A DNA stretch of 64,000 bases from Octopus vulgaris (lineage: Eukaryota). Both the position numbers and the translations under genes were made by a program. The first letter of the stretch is position 1. Each line of letters begins with the position of its first letter. The DNA is taken from assembly GCA_951406725.2 (NCBI GenBank), contig OX597832.1, positions 4,588,001 to 4,652,000 of the forward strand, given 5' to 3'. Below the pieces are notes generated by a model. That model searched no databases, was not told the origin of the DNA, and saw only the letters and a list, made by a program, of their open reading frames with translations. Of the stretch, positions 42,298-55,645 are shown piece by piece.

Positions 42298-42387
42298 CAC
42301 CAAGCACCAGCAGGTCCATAGTTATCCCCAATAAAAGGCAAAGATGACATTAACAATGGTAACAGACAACAGACTAAATGGTAAACC
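42298..42387 (-). CDS. GPCR exon (TM4/ECL2): (W)VYHLVCCLLPLLMSSLPFIGDNYGPAGAW
   Basis: Acceptor tctttcttttag, donor TG|gtaagt, 90 nt, phase 2 to 2. The YGPAGAWCWI motif across the junction is typical of CAR/GCR1-like ECL2. Confidence 0.95.
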
Positions 42388-42533
42388 CTAAAAGAAAGAC
42401 AAACAGAAAATGGTGAAATATATATCAAACCAAGTATTTTTAGTGTTGTTTGTGAAAGTAGCTTTATTTACATAAATACATACATGCACACAGATACATA
42501 CATACTGATAAATGCATAGATAGATACACACAC

Positions 42534-42534
<1 letters not shown>

Positions 42535-42614
<80 letters not shown>

Positions 42615-42709
42615 CATATACATACATACATATACATACATACATATACATACATACATATACATACATATATATACATACATATACATACATACATATA
42701 CATACATAC

Positions 42710-42806
<97 letters not shown>

Positions 42807-42821
42807 CATACATATACATAC

Positions 42822-42876
<55 letters not shown>

Positions 42877-42879
42877 CAT

Positions 42880-42934
<55 letters not shown>

Positions 42935-42937
42935 TAT
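42535..42937. repeat. Compound (TA)n / (TACATACATATA)n micro-minisatellite
   Basis: About 400 bp of TA/TACA units. Accounts for the YICM-type spurious ORFs. Confidence 0.95.
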
Positions 42938-44469
42938 AAGATACATTTTACAAATATATATTTAAAATACACACACATTTTACAAATATATATAAAATAT
43001 ACACACATACAATCAGCACAATAGCTGACAATGTGCTCAAGGAAGATCACAAATGAATGACACTGCTTATATATAATATTGATGTTTGTTGTCAGTTCCT
43101 AACAGATGTCAAGACAAGGAGACATGAGCATCTCCCCACCATACACACATACACACACACACATACATCAGATTTACACCACGAAGACATAAGTGACAAA
43201 GTCAAGAAGGTAAGAAATAGAAATATTGAGTCAACTATTTAATAGTTGAATAAATGCCCACAATTAACATTGAAGTATCTTTGCAAACATTCACATTCAT
43301 CATATGGAGTGTCTGCTGGTGTCCTAATAAAATATATAGCAAATCATCTCAACAGAAGAGGGACTTCATTGAAGCAAGTGCATTTACAGCCAGAATAAAA
43401 GTGTCTTGCATTTTCAGAATAAACTATTCCTATAAACTCATGAAAGAGATTTCAATAGTTTTTTTAAGAAATGTTGCAAGTTAAAATTAAAACTGTAAAT
43501 TATTAATTGTTAGATAAAAATATTAGAAACATAGTCTGATGGCATTATTTAATTTAAAAAAAATTAATTCACTTCAAATTATTTTAATTTGTTTCAAGAT
43601 TATTTTAATTTGATCAAAATTATTTTAGTTTGCTTCATGATAATTTTAATTTGTACTCAACACTGCTGTAGCATCAAACTAGTGTGGTGAGGTGAGAGAA
43701 GGGAGGATAGAATAAAATTTGAACATCATATGTTGATATTGAAAGTAAAATTAACTTCCATCATACTTGTTGATAAGGATATAATAAAAAATGAGAAAGA
43801 GTAAAAGTGGAAGAAATACAACTAACTAATTCAATAAATATGATCAAGGGAAATTAACCCACCAATATGAAAGAAATTAAAAGGTAAACAATGCCATGTT
43901 AGTAAATAACTCAGTTGGGACATAGCATTAATCATAAACCATAATGGAGTAAAGATAACATGCAGGCTCGTTATATTAAAGATATAGGGGAGATAATTCT
44001 ATGTAAAAGAAAAAAAAAAGACTTAAAATACTGAAACACATTATTTTTGTGAAAAATTATCCCAGTAAGATGTGCAACACTGATTCTTCTCAACAGGGAG
44101 TTGGAACGAGATTTCGTAGAGATAGATCAAGAATATTGATCCTTTCAAATTATTTCATTAATAACCTACTCTTTTTCTTTTCCAACTGCAGATGATACGA
44201 ATCGTTATGTCACTTAAACATTCAACACACATGCATCATCCTCACCAAATTTAAACATCACACATGCCTTGTTTTCATCAACAGAAACATTGTAAACAAA
44301 TCTCAATGGAGAAAGGACAACCCATATCTGTTTCAACATGACAAATAAATAGAAGGATTGACAATTGAATAGAAGGATCGTGTCCATGAGACACTTCTGC
44401 AGACAATCTCTACGACAACTACAATAGCTCAGTGACAATCTCAATGAGAACTACAATGGCTGGAAACTT

Positions 44470-45160
44470 CAACAAACATGTTGGCGTGAAGTGTTTGGGA
44501 TTGTGACACACTGTGTAAGAGAGAAATGAGATGTCATTGGTGAGGAGTGTATTTTGGAATAATGAAGGCATACTCATGACTGATAGAGAACACAATAAAA
44601 TGATGTGTAAGTGTTATTATGAGGGACTGTTGAACATTGAGAATGCATGTGATAAAGTGGGACTACCTCATGCCAACCCAATTGAGGAAGCATCAATTCA
44701 AGCTGACAGCAGTGTGGTAGATAAAGCAATCAAGGGCATGAATAGAAGGAAAGTTACAGGTCCATCAGAGTTGGTTGCAGAAATGCTCAATTATCTGGTG
44801 AGGTAGGATACATGATTACAACGATTGGCATAGCAATGTTATTGAAAACTGCTGCAAAGGCAAAGGAGATGCCTTAACCCTTTCGTTACCGTATTCATTT
44901 TAAGATGCTCTGTGTTTCTTTCAATTACTTTAAATATAACAAAGAATTTAGTAAAATAACTTAGTTATCATTCAGTTAGTGTTAGGAACATAAATTGTAA
45001 CTAAGGTTTGGTAGAAGATTTTAATTCAAAACTTATGAAAACAAGACATTTGTACTCAGAGCCAGCACCAGTTTCAGCCAGGTTGGTAACAAAAGGGTTA
45101 AAGAGAGGAAAGTAAACAGCAAGCTATAAACTAGATACAGTTATGAAGGTCACAAAATTA
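44470..45160 (+). mobile_element. RTE LINE fragment interrupted by a piggyBac-type MITE
   Basis: YYEGLLNIENACD..DKAIKGMNRRKVTGPSELVAEML is homologous to the 25052-25510 ORF. Similarity appears to resume after 45101. Confidence 0.75.
44878..45097. mobile_element. piggyBac-type MITE
   Basis: TTAA|CCCTTTCGTTACC ... GGTAACAAAAGGG|TTAA: 13-bp TIRs with 1 mismatch, TTAA on both flanks, 220 bp. Confidence 0.9.
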
Positions 45161-45169
45161 CAACAAATA

Positions 45170-45695
45170 CTAGGTCTTCCTGTCTTAGATCATTGTTTGT
45201 GGTAACCTAAAAGATGGACAGAAACGCAACTCCAAAATTAGGCTTCCTCTTTAAGAATAGAACAATTTTCACCTTTGATCCATTGTTGTCTTTTATACAG
45301 CTGAAGTCATCATCAAACCAACATTGGAAAACTGCTCAATTATCTTGGATGGTACTACCATTACATATACAAACATTTTAAACTCATCCCAGAAGAACAA
45401 TATTTAATTAAAACATATGTCTGAGCTAGTAGTATTACTCCACAATTCAGACATTCTAAATCTTCTTTCTAACTATTCCGTTGTAATTACAATGACTTTT
45501 GTTTCTCTAAACTAGAAAGCTATGTTACCCTTCTAACATACATCCTGCCTTATCTTTCATCCCAGGCCCCACTTTGAACACTTTTCCCAATCCCTGTCAC
45601 CAAAGGCAGCTGCTCTCTGGAATTCTCCCTTAGCCATGTAAACATCAGTGTACAGAAACTCAAGAGGAACATCAAATGCATAGAGATTAGCAATC
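45170..45695 (+). mobile_element. Second degenerate CR1/L2-type LINE 3' fragment
   Basis: ccaaaggcagctgctctctggaattct and PTLENCS-like segments resemble 33550-33950. Confidence 0.5.
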
Positions 45696-48049
45696 TGAGG
45701 AGGTCCACAAGGGTTTGTGGATGCTGTCACTTCCCTGACAAACAAATAATGAAACTGACCCCTATATTTGAAGGTACTGGCAACATAATTCCACACCGTA
45801 GGTATAGAGGGTAGAAATAGAAGCAAGAATTTAACAGATAATTTGGTAAACAAACAAATTGGCACACAGAGAAGATGTTCCAAGTTGGCCAGAATGATAA
45901 TAAACTGAATAAACCCACCAAAAACTAATCTACACTCAACTCTTTCCATACTCTGCTACATGAGACAGCAAGGGAACTCATACATAACTATTCAACCAGC
46001 AAGAGATAGGAGCCAAATCTCCAGCAAATTATATCTAACTGACTTGGAAACAAAAAGGACACACTGAATAATTTAATTCAAGATATGCCAGAAAAGATAG
46101 GAAAATGTAGAGTCTTTGGGGTTGCTTTGAAGCTTAACAATAAAAAACATGCTGTACAGCATCAAGTGGGTTTCATCTTAAATTGATTTACCTTCAATTG
46201 CACAAGTTTGTGTGGGTCCAATGATAATTCAAAGAAAAGCGTCAGCTGTCCTCGTAGATAACACCTCAGACAAATATGAGTAACAGCAACATCCCCACCA
46301 ACAGTTATTGATTTTATTTTAAAACCATATATAATTCTACATTTAAGAGTATTCAACAATGAATACAACAAACAAAACAATTCTCTTTATGATACATCAG
46401 TAAAAAATAAAAAAAACAAACAAAAGCTGTACCCTCTTCCCATTCTTTTAGATAAGCGGATTGGATATTTGATCTAATATTAACCGAAAACGTTAATGGC
46501 TAAGAACAAAAGAAACTTTTTTCCTCTCTCTATATGTTGCAACTAATGAATGTTTTTTACACTGTTAACTATTATAGCCAGCAATATCTAAAAGATATTG
46601 TGTCGTTATGTGCTTATGTGTGTGAAAGTATTATGTTTTGATTTTCATGTAACTGATTTTGCTTTTTGTATAAACTAGAACTTACCCAACTTATCCAAAC
46701 AACTATAAAATGTCCAAATATTTCATAAAACAAAGAAAAATATTTTGCTTAACACTCATTCATAAACTACTTGGACTCCTGGTCTTCAGCAGTTACAGTT
46801 AAATCTAAGTCAGTCCTAATTGAGCAAACCTATGATCAAAGGCATTCCAACAGTGACTAGCCCATCCTTTTCTTTCAGCTATTACGCATCTCATTCTACA
46901 TTATTCAATGTATCAAAGATGGCAGAATGCTATTTAAGGGAAAATTGGCTGTTATTTCTAGGAAACTGAATGACCAAATAAAAAATAGAAACTCCCTAAC
47001 TGGCCCTTTCCAGTAGAAGTTTCTGAGATATCAGATCAATCGATCAATCAAAAAAAGAAGTAGTAACTAATTTTTGGAGATTGGATACATTGGAATGGAG
47101 GAATAATGGTATGGTGCAAACCAAAACTTTTTACTGTTGAAATGAAAATATTCAAAGAAAAAAAAAAGATAGACATCTATCGAAAGAAATTTTGCAAAAT
47201 CAATGAAATAATTTAAAGATGGTGTTAAAATTATTTTTGTATCCATTCAAGTTTGAAATATTTGAGAATATAAAAAAGCAGTATGGTAATAGATCAATCA
47301 GCAAAGCAGAATTACAAAATAGCAACTTCTTTCAATAAATCTAATATTCGTGTAATTATGAGGGAAAATAGGGGGAGAAAGATCTCGGATATGATATTTA
47401 TTCTATCATATTTATCATACATATTTTGTAAAAAAGACCAATGAAACAGAACACTGCACCATTTTCTTAAAGAAGCAGCACTGAAATCAAATTTGAAATT
47501 CAGATGCTCACTGCTATATATTTAGGAAGAAGCTTCGCACCTCATATCAATTAATAAACCAGAATCAAAGAGCAACAGAGGAAAGAAATTCTTTGTCTAT
47601 ATACTAATTTATCTTTTGTGATAAAAAAGATTAACAAAAACAAACAAAAATCCCGAGACTGGAAAACAGAGTTAAATGACATCAAAGAGATCAATACAAT
47701 TACACTGTAAATGCTAACTTAACTTTGAACATGTTTTTTCCACACACAATGCAGATAAACTTTCAGGGCAGCAGCATGATAAAACTTGTAGATATAAGCA
47801 TATTTTGGATTAGTGGAATTATGAATGCATATGCGTCTGATAGAGTGCAACTATATGTTTATCTATACAAGTTTTTACATTTATATATTGGTGTCTCCTA
47901 TGCAACAATGTGTAAGAAAGAGTTACAACTGCATGCATGTGCATATGTGTGTGTGTGTGTGTGTGTGTTTGTGTGTGTGTGCACACACATATACATATTT
48001 ACAACACATACACATGCATGTATGTGTGTGTTTTCCTGTAGGTAGTGCT

Positions 48050-48500
48050 TGAAGTGGGCACATTTAGAAAAACTTCTTTACGACTATTTAACATACCAGG
48101 TTTGGTATAGTCCTTAAGAATTTTGGTTCTCTCCCCGATGCAGATTTACAACAGCCACTCCCATTTATATATGGACTTGGATGATCTATTATTTTCCACC
48201 TGATATCACATGGGGTCCCTTGATCTTTGAGGTGCCACACATAGTGGGCCAGGGACGTGACAAACCATCTTTCTGGGACTCTGAAGGATGACCGGTGGTT
48301 ACAGAAACAACATTTGAAAGACGTACTGGCTGATCCAATATATTTACAAACTTGGGATGTAGCTATATTTGCACACCTGGTATATCTCAGATAGGCTCCA
48401 AGCCTGAGGATGGTGTTAGTAATACCATTGCTGATGTAGTTGATATTGTGCAATGAACAGTGCTACCTACTGGAAAATTGGATCTCCCCGTTTGCTGGTT
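48050..48500 (-). mobile_element. Penelope-like retroelement GIY-YIG endonuclease fragment
   Basis: KYIGSASTSFK..NHRSSF..TSLAHYVWHLKDQG..IRWKII resembles the C-terminal PLE endonuclease. Frameshifted. Confidence 0.8.
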
Positions 48501-49159
48501 AGGCTTTTTCAGGTCTATAAGGGTTGTTTTATTCCCTGGTTGAGGGGTAGACAACCTGCCCTCATTAACATTTTTATATGTTAAGACTTAAATCTTGATT
48601 TCTGAGTGTTTCCTCATACTGCGATGTAGGAAGTTAAGATTTTTTGTCTTTGTATAGAGTCTGATAAGCTGTCCACAAGGCTTTGGCTTTGTGGATACAA
48701 AACCTTTGGTAATTCTATGTCCAAAATTTAAATTTTCGTTGTAATTATTACTGCAGTATTCTTTAGAATGTGGTTCTTTACTGATATAAGTTTTATTGAC
48801 TACTAACAGTATAATCACAAGATTACATGCGTCATACATGTGCCTCTGAATCAATCTCACAAGAAAACCCATCTCTTTTATTGATGGCATATTCTCAGTT
48901 ATCAGTAAAACAAGTGAAAACTCCACTGTATTACTACTGTTAAGTATTTTCCATATAATCAGCCACCAGCTTTACCAAAGCTATTAGCAGCATGGATGGA
49001 AAGCTGGACACAACTGGAAATACACCTTCTATAGCAATTCTGACAGCAGTAATAGCCTTGGTCATATGCAACTGGTTAACCAGAGTGAAAATATGATTTT
49101 CTCTTGGTACAAAATAATTTATAAAAGTTTTTTATTCGTGCTATTCAACAAGGTAGTAT

Positions 49160-51645
49160 CACCATAAACTGCTAAAGGCAAAGAAGAGAGCAAGTTATAG
49201 AAGTATCAAATTATTGGATCAGGTTATGAAGAGGAGAGAGAGAGGAGGGGAGAAGAAAAGAGAGAGGGTGGGGGGGAGAGAGAGAGAGTCATAGCAAAAC
49301 TGATTTATAACAGAGTAGACTTAAATGAGATGAAGTTTGGTTTCATGACTAGATGAGGTACTATTGATACAATCTTCATAATGAGGCAGCAGTAGGAGAA
49401 ATACTTGGCTAAGAGTAAACCACTACACCTAGCATTTATTGACTGAGAGAAAGCATTTGACAGGATACTATGTTCAGTAATTTGGTGGTCACTAAGCAAA
49501 GAAGGTGTAGATGAGTGGCTTGTGAGTGTTGTACAAGCTATTTGCAAAGATGCATTAAGTAAGGTCAGAGTCAACAATAATTTCAGTGAGGAATTTAGCA
49601 TGAGGGTAGAGTCCACCAAGGCTCAGTCCTCTTCTGTTCATTATAATCCTGCAGACTTTCACAGAGGAGTTTAAGAATGGTTATCTATGGCAACTTCTAC
49701 ATGCTGATGATCTAGTTTTTATAGCTGAATCTAAAGTGGAATTACAGAGAAAATTCCAGGCAAGGACTAAACCCAGAACCAAGAAGTCTTAAGATAAACT
49801 TAGTAAGAATGAAAATGAAAAGTAAGTAGAAAAGAAGACAAAGTCCTTGTATCTTCAAGGAAATGGCCACATCTGATATGTAGAAAAGGAGTAGATATAA
49901 ACTCCATGTGTCATGTGTCTAAAGTAAACTATGAACACACAAGAGATGTGGAATCAAGTAGACGATTACAGAAGGAAAGTTTCATATGTGATAGATGCAC
50001 TGGAGTAGTACATACTATGAGCACACTGGAAATAGATTCTCTTAAATGGCTCTGGATGGCTCACTCGTGATTCATAGCTTTGCTCTGAATGTATAATAGC
50101 TAGGTCAGAAAAAGTTCAGGAAGCTACTACTTTAGAGTGAAGAGCATACTGTTTGATGCTTGTATTAGAACTGCAATACTGCATGGTAGTAAGACATATG
50201 CCTTGAACACAGAGAATTTGAGAAGATTGAAAAGAAATGAAGTAAACATGCTCCATCAGATGCACAATATAAGTGTTCATGAATGGCAGTATAAATGTTC
50301 TGGGGATAAGAGGAATCAGATATAGTTTGCTAGAAAGACGGAAGAGTTGACATGGATGTGTGACATGAATTAGACAAGGACAGCACAGCTACATAAAAAT
50401 GTGCTGCCCATTTAATGTGGATTAAACTTGAGAGAGATAGAGAGAAGACATGGGATGAAGTGGTGAAGGCTGTTCTCAGGACCTCAAACCTCATGGAGGA
50501 GATAATAAAGGAACACAATGACTGGCAACATGTGGTGCACAATAAAACCCACCCAATTTGCTGTAAATGAGTTTCTGGAAGCGCTGTGTGTGCATGTGGA
50601 TCCTTCACCTAATTTCCTTCTCAAGAAACCCCTACCACCCATTGTCTCTGTAACTTCAGCTTTTCTTTGATACCACTTATCTTCCTCACTATCTTGAACT
50701 GTTTCACTTGATGTCCATCATTCATTCTTAATACTGTCATTTTACACTGATCATCTCCAAACCCACCAAATTATCTCTCCTTCTCTACATCACACCAAAC
50801 ATTTCTCACTCGTTCTATGCAGTATGTCTGCTTCTCTCCCTCTCTCCACATTCTTGCAACCTACCCAACCATACATCACCTCTCTCCCTCTCTCATCCTT
50901 CCCTTGATAAGTACTATTCTGCTGCTCTTCATCACCCTATTTTTCTGCACAGGCAGTCATCCTCTACACTCCTCTACCTCCCCAAACTCATATATAACAT
51001 TAGTTACCCCTCTCCTTATCTATCACTAACTACATCCATCCCTCAACCCTACCTAGTCTCTACAGTTGTCACCTACTTTTCCCTACTTATCAAACAACAC
51101 TTGTTCTTCATTCATTATATTCACCCCATCACCTATTTCTCACTCTCCTGCACAATTTTGCAAACTCTGCATATCCACAATCCTAGTTTTTCTGTCCACA
51201 TTCACTTTTACTGACCTTGTACCTTGAGGATCCACTCAGATACTTCATCACCACTATTTTTATCTATTTCCAGATCCACCCAATCACTTCTAAAACATGA
51301 GTAGTCATGTAAGCTTCTCTACAGAAAGAGACCTGTTCTGCTCTGGCCTCTTCTCAGATACTTTGACTCATCATCTTCTAGTGTAAAGCCATTCCCTTCA
51401 GGGATCATAATTTTAGAAGTTGCATGGTAACTAGTTGCTGGTGGCATGAAAAAAAAGCATATATTACATGCAGTAAAGTGGTTGATAACTAGGGAGGGTA
51501 TCCAACTGTAGAAACCATGCTAAAGTAGACACTTGAGAATGATGCAGTCTTTGGATCCTCAGATCCTGTCAAATCATCAAACCCTAGCCAGCATGGAACA
51601 TTAAATGATGATGACGATGATGATGATGATGATGATGACTACGAT
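49160..51645 (+). mobile_element. Degenerate RTE LINE (RT region, C/T-rich 3' UTR, (GAT)n tail)
   Basis: ctacatgctgatgatcta (L-H-A-D-D-L), LFDACIRTAILHGSKT, and colinearity with the 22971-25560 copy. Tail aaatgatgatgacgatgat at about 51604-51640. Confidence 0.85.
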
Positions 51646-53551
51646 GACAACACAAACCAAAAAAAATAGTTATTTCATCTTTCAGTGACCTCTGTATTAT
51701 TTCTTTCAGGTTAAAACAATTCAGATTTTCTAAGAGTATAAATTTTTTCTCTTCCTTTTTGAAGTTAATTGATCAGCAACTCTATTAATATTGACTACAT
51801 CTAATTATTGTTGACTTTCAATGTACATATAACAATTCTGTTTCCTATGTGGTTTTGGATAGAATAGAACTATATATTCTTTAAATATTGAATTTGGAGA
51901 CAGCTCACAACACTGAAGAAACATCTAACTATTGTTACGAACCTAACAAAAACTCAAGTGAAGTCAAATCATAGACAGTTAACATTCTCCCCTATACACC
52001 CTTAAAAATCTAGACAGGCTAATCTTTACCATCACAAACTCCCACATCACTCTCTCTCTGTAAAGGAACATAGACTAAGACCAATACACTCAACCACTAC
52101 ATTGCTTACGTATCTAAGACAAAAGAACACAAAGTATCCTTTCATTTACACTATTCTAATAATTATTAACATCAGCAAAACTTTCAACTCTGTTCCCCAC
52201 TATTCACTTATACAAAATGTATCAATACCACTTTAAGGCAGAAACAAAAAAAAAAATGTTAGTAAACTACCTTTCAGACCACCATGCATATGTAGTGTAC
52301 TTCCAGACCCTTTAATTTCACAAATTGAGTAACACAGAGATCTGCTCTCTCACTCAACTTTTTCTCAGCCAATACCTCTACAGCCTTCCCATATCTTCAT
52401 AAAACACACTGACAACCTTATACACAAATGATACCATTCTCACATTATTCTCCAAATATTGCTGCACAGTTACTTCAAACCTTATTTAAATCACATAGAA
52501 TCCTGGCTCCATAACAGCAGACTTTAAATTGTACCTACTGCATCAACCACATCTACTATTTCTCCTCTTATCAGCAACACCAGGAAATATCAAATTCAAC
52601 CAAGCATCATTCTCATAAGCATACCACACATGCAGAAGACAAAAATACATATAACTTCTTTACATTGTCACAATACACATAGATGACAAAGTTAAGAAAG
52701 CAATACAACATAGAGTATTCACAAGTACTACATTTGGTTAGCAGAGAGAAATAACAATAGTGTATGTATCACACCCTTTATGTCCCACATCCTTCTTTCT
52801 TTACTGTATGTGTTTTTTTGGTGCACCAGGAGAGGGATTGTATACCAAATTTTAAGTGAAAAATAATCTTTCATCATCAACTTTTTCAGCATGCTCTGGT
52901 CTTGTCATTCACAAATATATTTTAACACAAATCTCAATATATGGTTTGTGGAACCATATATTGACATTAAATACTAAATAGAACAAATATTTATTATAGA
53001 GACATTTATTCATAAAAAAATTATACAACTTAATATTTTGAAAATGGAACTCTAAATATTTTTCATAGAACCCAGGGTTCCTCTTTAAGAAACCTGGATG
53101 TATCTTTCACAGAAAATAGGTAATACTTGGTTATTACCAATTGGATATCATATTTATAAAGGCAGAACAGATTTGAGGTACTCATTTCTTTACTATTGAG
53201 AATATCAAAATCTTCAAATCTATTCAACAACAATAATTTTGAAACATGGTATAAATCTTTTGTGATGAAAGGAACAAGTTGATTTGACCTCAGAATATAA
53301 ATGATATAAACTAATTTATTGTTGACCATATTTAAACTCAAAATACAAGGGGAAGAAACTTAATTTTATGTTTTAACACTGCTGTCAACTAGTCACCTCT
53401 GACATCAAAAGTTAAATAACATCATTGTAATAGAAGACAATATCAAAATTAGCCAATGATGGAAACTCTACCACTAAGTAAACAATATAAAATATTGTCT
53501 TTGAGTATTTAACATCACTTAAAGAATCCCAAGATTTTTACCAATACTTAC

Positions 53552-53639
53552 CATTCAAACTTTTCAGTTTCTGTTGCTCGAACCACATTCATATATAAAT
53601 TGAAAGTTATACAGCTCACCCATAACAATACTGTCCAGT
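53552..53639 (-). CDS. GPCR exon (TM3/ICL2): (D)WTVLLWVSCITFNLYMNVVRATETEKFE
   Basis: Acceptor ttttactgcag, donor TG|gtaagt, 88 nt, phase 1 to 2. The WxxCITFNLY pattern matches TM3 of CAR-like receptors. Confidence 0.93.
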
Positions 53640-55584
53640 CTGCAGTAAAACAGAATAAAATAATTGAATGAATGATAAATAATATGAAGAGAAAGAAGAA
53701 AAATAGCTGTTTTGGGAATAATAATGGTATTTTATTCCCCAGCTGATGCTGACTAAATACTACTAATTCCTTGTATCTAATTATATTTAAAATGCTTTTC
53801 AATATAATATATATTTTATGTTCATAATTTAAGAGTGTCATAGACAAATTAGATATAGTCTAAAAATCATTTAATAACTAAGACTCTTTCCAATTTGTTC
53901 AATGTCAAAAAACGTGTGTGTGTGTGTTTATACATATAAACAGACATGGCTGTGTGGTAAGAGGTTTGCTTCCCAACCACATGATTCCAGGTTCAGTTTC
54001 ATTATATGGCACCTTGGGTGAGTGTCTTCTACTATAGCCCCAGACTGATCAAAGCCTCGTGAGTGGATTTGGTGCCAATTACATAATGCAGACTGAACTT
54101 GCAGAAGATGCAAAATGAAGGAAACCTAAGATAAATGGTGAAGGTTGAAAGGACTGGGGTAACAGGCAATATATAGTTTTCAAAAAGACCTGCCCAACTT
54201 AACAAAACTAATTTCTCGAAGTCCTGTATGCGTACATAAATATATGCACAACCAGGCCCTTTGCCCAATTTCCTCTACAAGGCACTGCAGCTTTTCATTC
54301 ATACTACTTATTTTTCTCACCACTCAAAACTATTTCACTAGATATCTATTCCTCATTTTTTTATACTGTCCTCTCCACCCACATTTTACAGTGATCACCC
54401 TCCTGAGCTACCTAATTATCACTCCTTCTCCATGACCATACATCTCTCACTCTCCCATGCACTACACCTGCCTCTCCTCTATCCTTGCATCCTACCCATT
54501 TCTTTCTCTCCTTTTCTTCCTAATATTTTCCTGTTGATTGTATCATCACCACTGTTCTGCAACTCTTCATTCCCAATACCATCGGTCACTCCCCAACCAT
54601 TATCCACCATTTACTACATCCATCCCTCAGTTAAGCTCTACCTACTTTTCCCCTTTCCCTACTTACCAACCATTCAACATTTGTTCTTCACTCACTATTT
54701 TCACTGCTTTACCCAATCCCCATCTCTCACTTTCATATACACTCTAGTGACCACCACCCACAATCCCATTTTTTCTGCTTCCATTCATTTCTATTCCCCT
54801 CTTACCTTGTGGAGGTGTGTGGCTTAATGGTTAGGGGTATTGGATTCATAATCATAAGATTGTAGTTTTGATTCTTGGACTGGGCGACTCATTGCGCTTT
54901 TGAGCAAAACACTTCATTTGATGTTACTTCAGTCTACTCAGCTGGCAAAATTGAGTAACTCTGAAATGGACTAGCATCCTGTCCAGGTGAGGAAAATATA
55001 TATATATATATATATATACCATGGAAACTGGGAAATTGACCCTTATTAGTCAGCATGACTCGAGAAGGAAGGAAACTACCATATCTAAAGGGTCCAGGCA
55101 GATGCTTCACTACCATTATTTTTATCTATTCTATGCTCCACTCTGACTACCTTCCACTCTCTCTTCTAGAATGAGAGTAGCCATGTGGCTCCTCTACAGT
55201 AAGAAACATGTTCTGCTCTAGCTCTTCTCTCATACTCCAGTATAAGCCACCTCTCTTGGATTTTGTAGTTTGCAAGCTGCATGGTGACCTCACTAGTGCT
55301 GACTGCCCATAAAAAGCATCCAGTATATATTGTAAAGTGGTAATCATTAGGAGGTGTATACAGTCATACAATCCATGAAAAAGTAGGCAGTAGAGCATGA
55401 TGCAGTCCTTGGAGCTATCAGATCCTTTCAAACCATTCATCCAATGCATGCTAAATGATGATGATGACGGTGGTGGTAGTGGTGGTGATGATGATGATGG
55501 TGGTGGTGATGACGGAGATGCTGCTGCTGCTGATGATGATGATGATACATAAGATATGCTTTATTAAAAAAGAAGAAATCTTAC

Positions 55585-55645
55585 CAAAATATGTCAGCCA
55601 AAATCCTTGAAAATTACAAAGTGGTCCATCTGGATGCAAGCCTCC
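55585..55645 (-). CDS. cAMP-receptor-like 7TM GPCR, first visible exon (ECL1/start of TM3): GGLHPDGPLCNFQGFWLTYF
   Basis: Acceptor ttttttaatttgcag, donor G|gtaag, 61 nt, phase 0 to 1. Contains the TM3 Cys motif (LCNFQG) and joins the next exon to form GAC (Asp). Confidence 0.9.

Noticed and set aside
40345-43050. Long C/V/Y/M/I/H/T-rich ORFs (196 aa, 220 aa and others)
   Set aside because: Translations of (TG)n/(TA)n/(TACA)n microsatellites.
45557-45949. 130-aa minus-strand ORF
   Set aside because: No recognisable motif or splice context. It overlaps the antisense strand of a degenerate CR1/L2-like 3' end.
52934-52964. 13-bp stem hairpin tcaatatatggtt/aaccatatattga
   Set aside because: Short and AT-rich, plausible by chance and too small for a pre-miRNA.
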